Part shown: in pieces, positions 1 through 8,886 of the stretch
How the letters are laid out: every line of letters begins with the position of its first letter
Position numbering within the stretch: position 1 is the first letter of the stretch
NCBI GenBank assembly: GCA_947466585.1
Contig: CANIEU010000011.1
Span: forward strand, 2,285-66,284
From: Fibrobacterota bacterium
GTDB taxonomy: Bacteria > Fibrobacterota > Fibrobacteria > UBA11236
Reading direction: 5' to 3'
DNA: 64,000 nt
The notes under the pieces: model-generated
The model's input: only the letters and a program-made list of their open reading frames with translations
Databases searched by the model: none
What the model was told of the DNA's origin: nothing
Made by a program: the position numbers and the translations under genes

Positions 1-2
1 TT

Positions 3-521
3 CAGGGCGGCCTGCGGGTGGCCACTGGACTGCCGGAATTGTTCACGGCGTTGGCGACGCGTCCCGCGCTCGCGACCACGACGCTGGAGGTTTACGGCGG
101 CGGTCCCGAAGGCGCCACCTTGCGTGCGGCTGCGGCCGATGCGGGGCTCGGAACGCGCGTGCGTTTTCACGGGTCCGTTCCCTTCGAAACGCTTCCCGAA
201 AAAATGGAGCAGGCCCATATCGGCATTCATCTCATGCAACCCGTGTGCGGCAGTTTCGCGCTGACCTGGGCCAACAAAACCTTCGACTATGCGCAGGCGG
301 GTCTGCCCGTTCTGCTCAGCGACAATCCCGCACATCGCACCTTGCTGGCCGCGCATCGCGTGGGCGTTCTCGCCGACTCCTTCTCGCCCGAAGCCATCGG
401 CCGTGCTCTCGAAGAGTTGCTCGCGCACTACGAAACCTATGCCGCAGAAAGCCGCAAGGCACGGGAACAGTGGCATTGGTCGACCTACTTCCGCGGGCTT
501 CCCGCATTTTTGGGACTGTGA
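3..521 (+). CDS. Glycosyltransferase, GT4-like C-terminal domain (5'-partial)
   Basis: Frame is open from the window edge. QGGLR..GL, ANKTFDYAQAGLPVLLSD and a W-x-W terminus are typical of GT-B/GT4. Confidence 0.85.
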   Translation, partial: QGGLRVATGLPELFTALATRPALATTTLEVYGGGPEGATLRAAAADAGLGTRVRFHGSVPFETLPEKMEQAHIGIHLMQPVCGSFALTWANKTFDYAQAGLPVLLSDNPAHRTLLAAHRVGVLADSFSPEAIGRALEELLAHYETYAAESRKAREQWHWSTYFRGLPAFLGL

Positions 522-544
522 TCGGGACTGGAATCGAGACTCTA

Positions 545-2044
545 ATGGAATCGCGACATCCTCCACAGGCAGACTCCGGGTCGCAACCCGATCCGGTTCC
601 TTCGCTGGGCCGCGCCGCCGGTGTCGCTCTGCGCTGGAACGGCGCCGCCGCGCTGATGACGCTGGGCTCGCAGCTCGTGCAAATCCTCGTGCTCGCCCGC
701 TGGCTGACCCCCGCCGACTTTGGTCTGGCGGGCACGGTGCTGGGTGTGACCGCATTCCTCTCCGCGCTTTCCGACCTGGGTCTCACCAACGCGCTGGTAC
801 AACGCGACGCCTTGTCACACCGCGCGTGGGCGGGCGCTTGGTGGGCTTCCGCCGCCGCCGGTATGGTGCTGGCCGTGGGCCTCGCCTTTGCCGCGCCGCA
901 CCTCGAAACCTCGCTCCGCATGCCGGGTACCACCTTGCTGTTGTGGGCGGCCGCGTTTTCGTTACCGTGGTTCGGGCCGGCCGCGGTCTATCAGGCGCAT
1001 TTGCAGCGGCATCTTCAGCTCAAGCGACTCGCCTCGGTCGAAATCTTCGCCGCCGCGATCGGCCTGCTAGTAGCCCTGACCTGGGCGTGGTGGCGTCGCG
1101 AACCCATGGCGCTGGTGGCCGGGCAAATCAGTCTCTCTCTCGCCCGCTTCGGCGGATTGGCGGCGGCCTCGTCGTTGCGCGTGGGCCAGCGCCCGCACTG
1201 GGCCGAACTGCGCGCGCTGGCGGGCTTCAGCGGATTTCAACTCGCCGAGCGCGTCGCCTCGCATGCCCTCGCCAACCTCGATCGTCTGGTGGTGGCGCGC
1301 TTCCTCGGCCCAGCCGCTGCGGGATACTACTACATGGCTTCGCAAATCGCGCTCAAGCCCACCGCCTTGCTGGGACCGCTCACCGCGCGCACCTTGCTGC
1401 CGCTGCTGGCCCGCATCCGTGGCGACCGCGCCCGCACGGCGTCCTCGTATTTGCGCACGCTTTCTTTGTTGTCGTTCAGCGCGGCCATCGTGTATACCTT
1501 GCTGTTCGGTTTGGCCGCGCCTCTGGTGACACTCGTGCTCAGTGCGAAGTGGCAACCCGCCGTGGTGCCGTTGCAATTTCTCGCGGCGGCGGGTTTTCTC
1601 ATGGTGCTCGGCAACGCGCTGGGGAATCTCACCTTGGCGCTCGGCCGTGCGGGCACGGGGTTTTGGCTCGTGGTGCTGGTGCTTGTCGTACGGCTCGGGG
1701 CTATCGCCGTAGGCGCAACCTACGGGCTTCTCGGTGTGGCTGCGGCCTTGTTGCTGGTGACCCTCGCCTCGCTGGTGATGGACGTACTGCTTCCCAAATT
1801 GTGGTTGGGAATACGCATCCGGGATCTTCTGCGGGCGGGCGGATGGACGGTGCCCGCGGTGTTGGTATCGGGCGCGGGCATGATGGTGCTGTGCAACTGG
1901 ATGCGTTTGCCCGCGCTCGCCGAAACCCTGATCGGAGGCGCCGTTGGGTGCGCCTTGTTCGCACTCGTCGCCGTCGTTACGCAAGGTGCGCGCGTGCGCG
2001 CCTCGTTGCGCGAACTGGCTGAAAAGCTGGTACGTCCCTTATAA
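545..2044 (+). CDS. Polysaccharide flippase (Wzx/PST family, WzxC-like)
   Basis: Many hydrophobic helices, LARWLTPADFGL, DLGLTNALVQ, NLDRLVV..GYYYMA. Start moved to ATG 545. Confidence 0.85.
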   Translation: MESRHPPQADSGSQPDPVPSLGRAAGVALRWNGAAALMTLGSQLVQILVLARWLTPADFGLAGTVLGVTAFLSALSDLGLTNALVQRDALSHRAWAGAWWASAAAGMVLAVGLAFAAPHLETSLRMPGTTLLLWAAAFSLPWFGPAAVYQAHLQRHLQLKRLASVEIFAAAIGLLVALTWAWWRREPMALVAGQISLSLARFGGLAAASSLRVGQRPHWAELRALAGFSGFQLAERVASHALANLDRLVVARFLGPAAAGYYYMASQIALKPTALLGPLTARTLLPLLARIRGDRARTASSYLRTLSLLSFSAAIVYTLLFGLAAPLVTLVLSAKWQPAVVPLQFLAAAGFLMVLGNALGNLTLALGRAGTGFWLVVLVLVVRLGAIAVGATYGLLGVAAALLLVTLASLVMDVLLPKLWLGIRIRDLLRAGGWTVPAVLVSGAGMMVLCNWMRLPALAETLIGGAVGCALFALVAVVTQGARVRASLRELAEKLVRPL

Positions 2045-2680
2045 AGTCTTCCAGGCCTCTTCGATCGCTTCGAGCAATGTTTCCGCAGGTTGCGCGCCGG
2101 AGACGCCGTAACGCCCCGCGATCACGAAGAAGGGCACACCCTGTATGCCCAGAGCCGTGGCCTTCGCCGCATCGGCACGGACCGCGTCTGCGAAAGCGTC
2201 CCCTTCCAAAGTGGCGACCACCGCGCGCTCGATCAATCCCGTCATTCCCGCTTCCTTGGCTAAACGGATCAAGGTGTCACGATCTCCGATGGAAGCGCCT
2301 TCGGTGAAGTAACCTGCGAGCAGGCGCTCCTTCATCGCGTCCTGAAGGCCGTGCATATCGGCCAAGTGAATCAGGCGATGCGCGTCGAAGGAGTTTTCAG
2401 GCCGCGTGAGCTCGAGCCGGTATTTCAGCCCCTCCCCCGCGGCGACTTCGGTTACGCGCGCCTGCATGGCGTCGGCTTGTTCGAGGCTGACCCCGTACTT
2501 GCGCGCCAACATGGTTCGGGTGGTTTCGTCGGTGGTTTTGGCCGCGCCGGGATTGAGCTGGTAACTCCGCCATTTCACGGTCACGGCATCTTGGCGGGAA
2601 AAGCGTGCCAAAGCGGATTCCAGGCGGCGTTTTCCGATGTAACACCATGGGCAAACCACGTCTGACCAGACTTCCAGCAT
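2039..2680 (-). CDS. DsbA family oxidoreductase (FrnE subfamily)
   Basis: EVWSDVVCPWCYIGKRRL, NSFDAHRL, GIQGVPFF, VSGAQP. Alternative start is TTG 2716 after GAGGA. Confidence 0.9.
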   Translation of the reverse strand: MLEVWSDVVCPWCYIGKRRLESALARFSRQDAVTVKWRSYQLNPGAAKTTDETTRTMLARKYGVSLEQADAMQARVTEVAAGEGLKYRLELTRPENSFDAHRLIHLADMHGLQDAMKERLLAGYFTEGASIGDRDTLIRLAKEAGMTGLIERAVVATLEGDAFADAVRADAAKATALGIQGVPFFVIAGRYGVSGAQPAETLLEAIEEAWKTL

Positions 2681-2773
2681 TAATGTGGCATTTTCGTTTG
2701 AATTTCGAGGGGTCAAATTGTCCTCATGGCGGTAGATTAGAGGTCCATGTCTCCGAGGAAGAAATAGCAACCC

Positions 2774-4768
2774 ATGTGCGGACTCTCCGGATATTTCGCG
2801 TTTGCCGGGTCGGTTGGATCCACCGATTCCCTGCTGGCGATGCAACGCGCCCTTGCGCACCGTGGTCCCGACGGAGAAGGCGTCGTGTTCGTGAACACGC
2901 AGTCGGGGTCTCGGGAATCGTTCACGGGCAGACGAACACCGCTGACCCCGCCGGAATTGAAGCCCGTTCCGCGCACGCAGCCTCACGATCTGGCAATGGG
3001 CCATTCCCGATTCGCGATCCTCGATCAAACTCCCGGTGGCCACCAACCCTTCGAGTTGTCTGAAGCCGCATTGGTGTTGGCGTTCAACGGAGAGATTTAC
3101 AACCACGTGGAACTGCGCTCCGAACTCGCGCGCGCCGGGCATGTCTTCCACACGCGCGGGGATGCGGAAGTGTTCGCCCATGCATGGCTCGAGTGGGGCG
3201 AGGAATGTCTTCCACGCCTGCGCGGGTTCTTCTCGATGACGCTGTGGGATGGGAGATCCCGATCCTTTTGGTTGGCACGAGATCCCATCGGCAAAGCCCC
3301 GATGTACGTGGCCCGGCATGCCGGCCGCCTTTGGTGGTCGTCGGAGATCAAGGGCTTGCGCTCAGGTGCGGGTCAAGGCGCCTTTGCGCCGCGTGCCGCG
3401 GCGATCGCCGAGTTCGTGGGCGCGGGCATGCGCGACTTTGGCAACAAGACGTTCTTCGAAGGCGTAGAAACCTTTCCCGCCGGGAGCGTGGCGCGCGTCG
3501 CCGCGGACGGCAGCTTCGAACCGCGCCGCTATTGGGCGCCGCCGGCCACGCGTATGCGCGCCGCAGACATCGGCCCCGAAGAGGCCGTGGCAGGGTTGAC
3601 GGATCGTTTGCGTACCTCGGTGCGCCTGCGTTTGCGTGCCGATGCGCCCGTGGGTCTGGAACTCAGCGGCGGAATGGATAGTTCCGCCATTGCGGCATTG
3701 GCGGCGCGCGAGCATGCCGAAGGCGGCGCTGGTGTCGATCCGTTGCGGGCGCACACCGTCTCCTTCGCGGGCACTGCATCCGACGAGTCGCACTTCGCCC
3801 GCATGGTGGCGGCGCATCATCCCAGCAGCCTTCACCTCACTGACCTGCCACACGGCGGTACGGTCACACCCGAGGGAGTGGCCCGCTATCACCAAGGCAT
3901 GGACGAGCCGTTCCATTCTCCCGTCCTGATGCTCAACCGCGAAATGTGGCGCCGCATGGCCGCCTCCGGTCTGCGCGTCAGTTTGAACGGCGGAGGCGGC
4001 GACGAAGTGTTCGCAGGCTACGGCGGCGAATATCTGGGACCCTATGTGCGAGGCCTGTTGGCGAACGGACGCATCGTGCGGGCAATGCGCGAAATCGGAT
4101 CTTACAGCGAAAGGGATGCGCACGTGTTTCGCTCCTTCGCACGCGCCGCATGGTGGATGGTTCCGGAAAATTTGCGGAAAGAACTGCGGCCTTCGGGACC
4201 CCCGCCCGAACTCAATCCTCTGACGACGCACGCCTTCTTGCCGATGGCGTCCGATCGCCTTGAACAACGCCTTCTCGATCACCTCGGCGATTGGAAGATG
4301 AACTACTGGATGCGTTCCGGAAACACGGCGTGCATGGGGCTTCCCGTAGAAGTGCGCCTGCCGCTGCTCGACACCAAGGTCGTGGAGTGGGCGTGTCGTC
4401 TTCCGCCGGAATACCTGATCCGCGACGGATGGTTGAAGTGGGCGTTGCGCAAAGCCGTAGAACCCGACCTGCCTGCCGAGGTAGTTTGGCGCCGGGTTAA
4501 AATGGGATTCCCGTTTCCGATCGGTGATTGGCTGCGTGCGGCACGTCCCGCGCTCGAGTCGCTGCGCCACGGCGAAGATCCGCCGCTGCTTCCGCGCGCC
4601 CGCGTGTTCCAGGTGTACGACCGGCTGGCGGTCTCGCATCCCGCCTATTTGTGGCGCTGCTTATCCGTGTTGATGTGGTGGGATCAGTGTGTCTGCACCG
4701 GCGCGATACCGGTCGCGCTCGGCGAGCCCGAAACGGAACAGACGATGGGCACGCTCGCCCGCGCCTGA
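2774..4768 (+). CDS. asnB: Asparagine synthase-family glutamine amidotransferase (probably glycan amidation)
   Basis: N-terminal MCG, HRGPD, FNGEIYNH, LSGGMDSS, GGGGDEVFAGY, KMGF. Confidence 0.9.
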   Translation: MCGLSGYFAFAGSVGSTDSLLAMQRALAHRGPDGEGVVFVNTQSGSRESFTGRRTPLTPPELKPVPRTQPHDLAMGHSRFAILDQTPGGHQPFELSEAALVLAFNGEIYNHVELRSELARAGHVFHTRGDAEVFAHAWLEWGEECLPRLRGFFSMTLWDGRSRSFWLARDPIGKAPMYVARHAGRLWWSSEIKGLRSGAGQGAFAPRAAAIAEFVGAGMRDFGNKTFFEGVETFPAGSVARVAADGSFEPRRYWAPPATRMRAADIGPEEAVAGLTDRLRTSVRLRLRADAPVGLELSGGMDSSAIAALAAREHAEGGAGVDPLRAHTVSFAGTASDESHFARMVAAHHPSSLHLTDLPHGGTVTPEGVARYHQGMDEPFHSPVLMLNREMWRRMAASGLRVSLNGGGGDEVFAGYGGEYLGPYVRGLLANGRIVRAMREIGSYSERDAHVFRSFARAAWWMVPENLRKELRPSGPPPELNPLTTHAFLPMASDRLEQRLLDHLGDWKMNYWMRSGNTACMGLPVEVRLPLLDTKVVEWACRLPPEYLIRDGWLKWALRKAVEPDLPAEVVWRRVKMGFPFPIGDWLRAARPALESLRHGEDPPLLPRARVFQVYDRLAVSHPAYLWRCLSVLMWWDQCVCTGAIPVALGEPETEQTMGTLARA

Positions 4769-4831
4769 TTTGTACCTGCCGCCGGTCCATCCGCGCTACC
4801 CGCACGGCCTGCCGCCTACTACCTTGTGCCC

Positions 4832-6097
4832 ATGTCCAAAATCGTCCGACTGGCACTGAACGGCGGCAAGCCGGTACGCGCCCGTAAAAACTTTCTCGTG
4901 TTCGGCGCGCCACCCATCGGCGAAGAGGAAATCGCCGGCGTCACCGATTCGCTGCGTCGCCGCTGGATCGGCACCGGTCCCAAGGTCGCCGCCTTCGAGG
5001 CGGCCTTTGCGGCTTACAAGACTTCTGGCGGGGAAGTTCCCCACGCCGTGGCCGTTAACTCCTGCACGGCCGCGCTGCATCTCTCCATCCTCTCGCTCGG
5101 CATCGGCCCGGGAGACGAGGTGATCACCACGCCCATGACGTTCTGTGCCACCGCCAACGCGATTCTGCATGCGGGCGCAACGCCCGTGCTCGCCGACGTC
5201 GACCCGGTCACCTTCAACATCGATCCCGCACAAGTTGTCAAAAAGATCACGAAAAAAACCAAGGCGATTTTACCGGTGCACTTCGCGGGCCGCGCTTGCG
5301 AAATGGGTGCGCTGTCGCGGATCGCCCGCAGTGCCGGCTCCGCGGGCTCCGCACGCCTCAAGATCATCGAAGACTGCGCGCACGCGATCGAGACGGAGTG
5401 GCTTGGGCCGCGCGGAATGGTCAAGGCCGGCACCTCCGGCGATGCGGGCTGCTTCAGCTTTTACGCCACCAAAAACGTGACCACCGGCGAAGGCGGCCTC
5501 GTGCTGACGCCGCATGCGGCGGTGGCCGATCGCATCAAGCGTCTCGCGCTGCACGGCATGAGCAAGGATGCCTGGAAGCGCTATTCCGATTCGGGCTATG
5601 TGCATTATGACGTGGTGGAACTCGGCTACAAGTACAACATGACCGATCTGCAAGCCGCTATCGGGTTGCCGCAGTTGCGCCGCGTCGAGGCGAACTGGAA
5701 GCGCCGCCGCGCGATCTGGGCCCGTTATCAGGAGGCCTTCGCCGATCTGCCTGTGACGCTTCCCGCGGAACCCGGCAACGACGAGCGTCACGCATATCAC
5801 CTGTACACACCCCTGATCCGCAAGGATGCGCCCGTTCCCGGCCGCACGGCCGCGCAAAAGCGCGACTTCGTGCTCACGGCCCTCACGGCCGAGGGGATCG
5901 GTGCTGGCGTGCATTATCGGGCGCTGGTCGATCACCCTTACTATCGCAAGACCTTGGGCTGGAAGCGCGCCGATTGCCCCGTTGCCGCCGATATCGGCGA
6001 CCGCACGCTGTCGCTTCCGCTTTCTCCCGCGCTCTCCGATAAGGACGTGGAAGACGTCATTACCGCGTTCCGGAAGGTATTGGGACAGTCCTCGTAA
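4832..6097 (+). CDS. DegT/DnrJ/EryC1/StrS family sugar aminotransferase
   Basis: AVNSCTAALHL, IIEDCAHA, FSFYATKNVTTGEGG (PLP lysine), GYKYNMTD. Confidence 0.93.
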   Translation: MSKIVRLALNGGKPVRARKNFLVFGAPPIGEEEIAGVTDSLRRRWIGTGPKVAAFEAAFAAYKTSGGEVPHAVAVNSCTAALHLSILSLGIGPGDEVITTPMTFCATANAILHAGATPVLADVDPVTFNIDPAQVVKKITKKTKAILPVHFAGRACEMGALSRIARSAGSAGSARLKIIEDCAHAIETEWLGPRGMVKAGTSGDAGCFSFYATKNVTTGEGGLVLTPHAAVADRIKRLALHGMSKDAWKRYSDSGYVHYDVVELGYKYNMTDLQAAIGLPQLRRVEANWKRRRAIWARYQEAFADLPVTLPAEPGNDERHAYHLYTPLIRKDAPVPGRTAAQKRDFVLTALTAEGIGAGVHYRALVDHPYYRKTLGWKRADCPVAADIGDRTLSLPLSPALSDKDVEDVITAFRKVLGQSS

Positions 6098-6124
6098 GAA
6101 CTTCGCCGAAACATCCGTGGTACT

Positions 6125-6163
6125 CCCCTCTCCATCTCTGGTGGAGAGGGGTTGGGGGTGAGG
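6125..6163. repeat. REP-like palindrome CCCCTCTCCA..TGGAGAGGGG followed by TTGGGGGTGAGG
   Basis: Perfect 10-bp stem seen in the DegT-purB intergenic region. Confidence 0.55.
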
Positions 6164-6273
6164 CAGGAAGGTGGCGCGGTGGGACCGGCCCCGCAGAGGC
6201 AACGTGCGCCCAAAACGCCACCGAAACCGGCATTTCTTCCCGTTCTTGGCAGCCGATTCTACCTTTCCCGTCC

Positions 6274-7716
6274 ATGACCAACCCTTACGCCCAGTACGAC
6301 AATCCCCTGATCCGCCGCTACGCCTCGCAGGAGATGAGTTTCCTGTTTTCGCCCCAGTTCAAGCACCAGACCTGGCGCGGGCTGTGGATCCACCTTGCCG
6401 AGGCCGAGCGGGAATTGGGTTTGCCGATCACGGCCGAGCAGATCGCCGAGCTCAAGGCGCATGAGACCGACATCGACTTCGCCGAGGCGGAGAAGCAGGA
6501 AAAAATCGTCCGTCACGACGTGATGGCCCACGTGCACGCTTACGGAAAGCAGTGCCCCAAAGCCGCGGGCATCATTCATCTGGGTGCGACTTCGGCCTAT
6601 GTGGCCGATAACACGGATCTGATCCAGATGAAGGACGGCTTGCATCTCATTCGCAAGCGTCTGATGCGCGTGATCGCTTCGCTTGCGGATTTCGCGGAAA
6701 AATGGAAGGCGCAACCTACGCTCGGGTTCACGCATTTCCAGCCCGCGCAACCGGTGACAGTGGGCAAGCGCGCCACGCTTTGGATCCAGGAGCTGTTGCT
6801 CGATCTCGAGGAGGTCGAACAAGTGGCCGAGTCGCTGCCGTTCCTCGGCGTGAAGGGCACCACCGGCACGCAGGCGAGCTTTCTGGAGCTCTTCAACGGC
6901 GACCACGACAAGGTGAAGGCGCTCAACAGCGAAGTGACGCGCCGCGCGGGCTTCGCCCGCAGTCTGCCCGTCTCCGGGCAGACCTACACACGCAAGCTCG
7001 ACGCGCGCGTGGTGGCGGCGCTTTCGAGCGTGGCTCAGTCGCTGTCGAAGTTCTCCACCGATCTGCGCCTGTTGCAGAACCTCAAAGAGGTCGAGGAGCC
7101 GTTCGAGAAAAGCCAGATCGGTTCTTCGGCAATGGCGTACAAACGCAATCCCATGCGCAGCGAGCGCATCGGCTCGTTGGCGCGCTTCGTGGAATCGTTA
7201 CATGCCTCGGTGGCGTTCACGTCGTCGACGCAGTGGTTCGAGCGTACGCTCGACGATTCGGCCAACAAACGGCTCGCCGTGGCGCAGGCGTTCCTCGCCG
7301 CCGACGCGATGCTGATCATCGCAGAGAACGTCTCATCGAACCTGGTGGTGTACCCGAAGGTGATCGAGCGGCGTCTGCGTGAAGAGCTGCCCTTCATGCT
7401 CACCGAGAACATTATGATGGATGCGGTGAAGCGCGGCGGCAACCGCCAGGATCTGCACGAACAGATCCGCGTGCATTCGGTGGAAGCGGCGCGTCAGGTG
7501 AAGGAACACGGCAACGCCAACGATTTGCTGGAGCGCATCGCGGGCGACAAGTCCTTCGATACCACGGTGGAGAAGCTGACGGCCATGCTCGATCCGTCCA
7601 AATACACGGGACGTTCCAAAGAGCAGACCGAGGAGTTTTTGGCGGAACACGTCGCCCCGGCGCTGGCGCGCTGGAGCGACTGGAAGAGTCTGGCGGGAGA
7701 AGACTTGAGAGTCTAA
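6274..7716 (+). CDS. purB: Adenylosuccinate lyase
   Basis: RHDVMAH, IHLGATS, GFTHFQPAQ, SSAMAYKRNPMRSE signature. Confidence 0.97.
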   Translation: MTNPYAQYDNPLIRRYASQEMSFLFSPQFKHQTWRGLWIHLAEAERELGLPITAEQIAELKAHETDIDFAEAEKQEKIVRHDVMAHVHAYGKQCPKAAGIIHLGATSAYVADNTDLIQMKDGLHLIRKRLMRVIASLADFAEKWKAQPTLGFTHFQPAQPVTVGKRATLWIQELLLDLEEVEQVAESLPFLGVKGTTGTQASFLELFNGDHDKVKALNSEVTRRAGFARSLPVSGQTYTRKLDARVVAALSSVAQSLSKFSTDLRLLQNLKEVEEPFEKSQIGSSAMAYKRNPMRSERIGSLARFVESLHASVAFTSSTQWFERTLDDSANKRLAVAQAFLAADAMLIIAENVSSNLVVYPKVIERRLREELPFMLTENIMMDAVKRGGNRQDLHEQIRVHSVEAARQVKEHGNANDLLERIAGDKSFDTTVEKLTAMLDPSKYTGRSKEQTEEFLAEHVAPALARWSDWKSLAGEDLRV

Positions 7717-7718
7717 AT

Positions 7719-7821
7719 GAGAAATCAGAAATCAGAAATATGAAATCAGAAAAGGAGCACAAGGGGCGAGCAATTTAAGCCCTACTGGTGTTCACTTTCA
7801 TATTTCTAATTACATATTTCC
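7719..7821. repeat. Inverted heptamer-array element (GAAATCA/GAAATAT)n ... (ATATTTC)n
   Basis: Left arm 7719-7752 and complementary right arm 7796-7821. A related copy lies at 43017-43097. Confidence 0.7.
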
Positions 7822-7824
7822 GCC

Positions 7825-7932
7825 TCAGTACTTCTTCCCGTCCTTCTTCATTTTCTTTTCGGCTTTCTTTTCCTTCATCGATTTGGCAGGCGCCTTCTTG
7901 GTCGATTTCTGTGCGTCTTGTGCTTTGGCCAT
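7825..7932 (-). CDS. 35-aa lysine-rich microprotein MAKAQDAQKSTKKAPAKSMKEKKAEKKMKKDGKKY
   Basis: Translated by hand because it is below the ORF-track cutoff. Strong SD (CAGGAG) lies 6 nt before ATG; the gene is co-oriented with the upstream HPF-like gene. Confidence 0.75.
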   Translation of the reverse strand: MAKAQDAQKSTKKAPAKSMKEKKAEKKMKKDGKKY

Positions 7933-7998
7933 GGGGTTCTCCTGAGGGAACGGGTGGTTGGAACTTGAATTGAAAACCGGATCCGGAAACGCGTCGGT

Positions 7999-8325
7999 TC
8001 AGCCCCGGCGCTTGTCCAGCTCCTTTTCCACGAGGTCGGTCAAAACCCTTTGCAGCTTGTGCGTGGCTCCGGTGATGGAATCGCGCACGGTGGCCGCGTG
8101 GTGGGTCACGCCGAGAGGTTGATGGCCGGCGATGTGGGCTTCGAGCGAGCAGCGCTTGTCGTTTTCGGCGTGCTTGTTAGTGCCGATTTCATCGCTGAGA
8201 TGCACGTCAACGCGCGTGACGCGGTCCTGAAAACGGGCGAGGGAATCGCCGATGACGGTCTGGGCGTATTCTGTCAGACGCTCGTCGCCGGGGATGTGAT
8301 TGTCGGTACTAACCTGGACGTGCAT
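7999..8325 (-). CDS. HPF/RaiA family ribosome-associated protein
   Basis: MHVQVSTDNHI, RVTRVDVHLSDE, DKRCSLEA..G.QPLGVTH. SD AAGGAG precedes ATG 8325. Confidence 0.85.
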   Translation of the reverse strand: MHVQVSTDNHIPGDERLTEYAQTVIGDSLARFQDRVTRVDVHLSDEIGTNKHAENDKRCSLEAHIAGHQPLGVTHHAATVRDSITGATHKLQRVLTDLVEKELDKRRG

Positions 8326-8403
8326 GATCGTTCTCCTTCGAGTCTTGTATCCTGTCTTCAATCTACCAAGCGCGGCTCCTTTGGGCCTCACATTTATTGA
8401 GTT

Positions 8404-8886
8404 TCAGCGCGTTTCGCCCATTTCGCCTCTTTCGCCTTTTTCGATTAGCCAGGCCTGAAGGCGGCCATAACGGGCCCGGTGTTGCGCTTCGGTGAGATGG
8501 CGTGCACCACGTACCATTCCCACGCATTCATCCGCCCCGCAGCGGCATGCGAATGGGGACGCCAGTTCGGGTTCATGACAGTTGTAATCGATGGTGATTT
8601 CAGCATCGGCCGCGATCGCCACGCGTGCCGTCAACTCCCGATTGTGGAAGACCGTATTCGGTTCGCAGGCGTGATTCAAATAACGAAGCGGATCGGTTTC
8701 TCCGGGTTCGATATGCTGTTCGGGACCGAACTGCAGGCTCATGCGTGTCCGCGTTGCGGATTCGGTGCCGGCAAAGGTGCCGATGTGCTCTCCGGTGATG
8801 AGATCGCGCGCGGCGAAAACGCCTTTCTCTCCGTTTGCGTCCGGCCCCCGGGAAGGGGCTATACGCACCGCAATGGTTGTATTCAC
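8404..8886 (-). CDS. SET-domain protein-lysine methyltransferase with post-SET Cys cluster
   Basis: GEKGVFA, YLNHACEPN, EITIDY, FACRCGADEC. GTG start overlaps the upstream stop (GTGA). Confidence 0.88.
   Translation of the reverse strand: MNTTIAVRIAPSRGPDANGEKGVFAARDLITGEHIGTFAGTESATRTRMSLQFGPEQHIEPGETDPLRYLNHACEPNTVFHNRELTARVAIAADAEITIDYNCHEPELASPFACRCGADECVGMVRGARHLTEAQHRARYGRLQAWLIEKGERGEMGETR

Noticed and set aside
6274-7716. Eukaryote-like PurB as evidence of horizontal transfer
   Set aside because: This subtype occurs in many bacteria, and the codon usage matches the host.
8412-8443. TTTCGCCnn 9-mer repeats at the SET gene 3' end
   Set aside because: They are explained by the encoded KGE-RGE-MGE peptide repeat and are too short to call separately.
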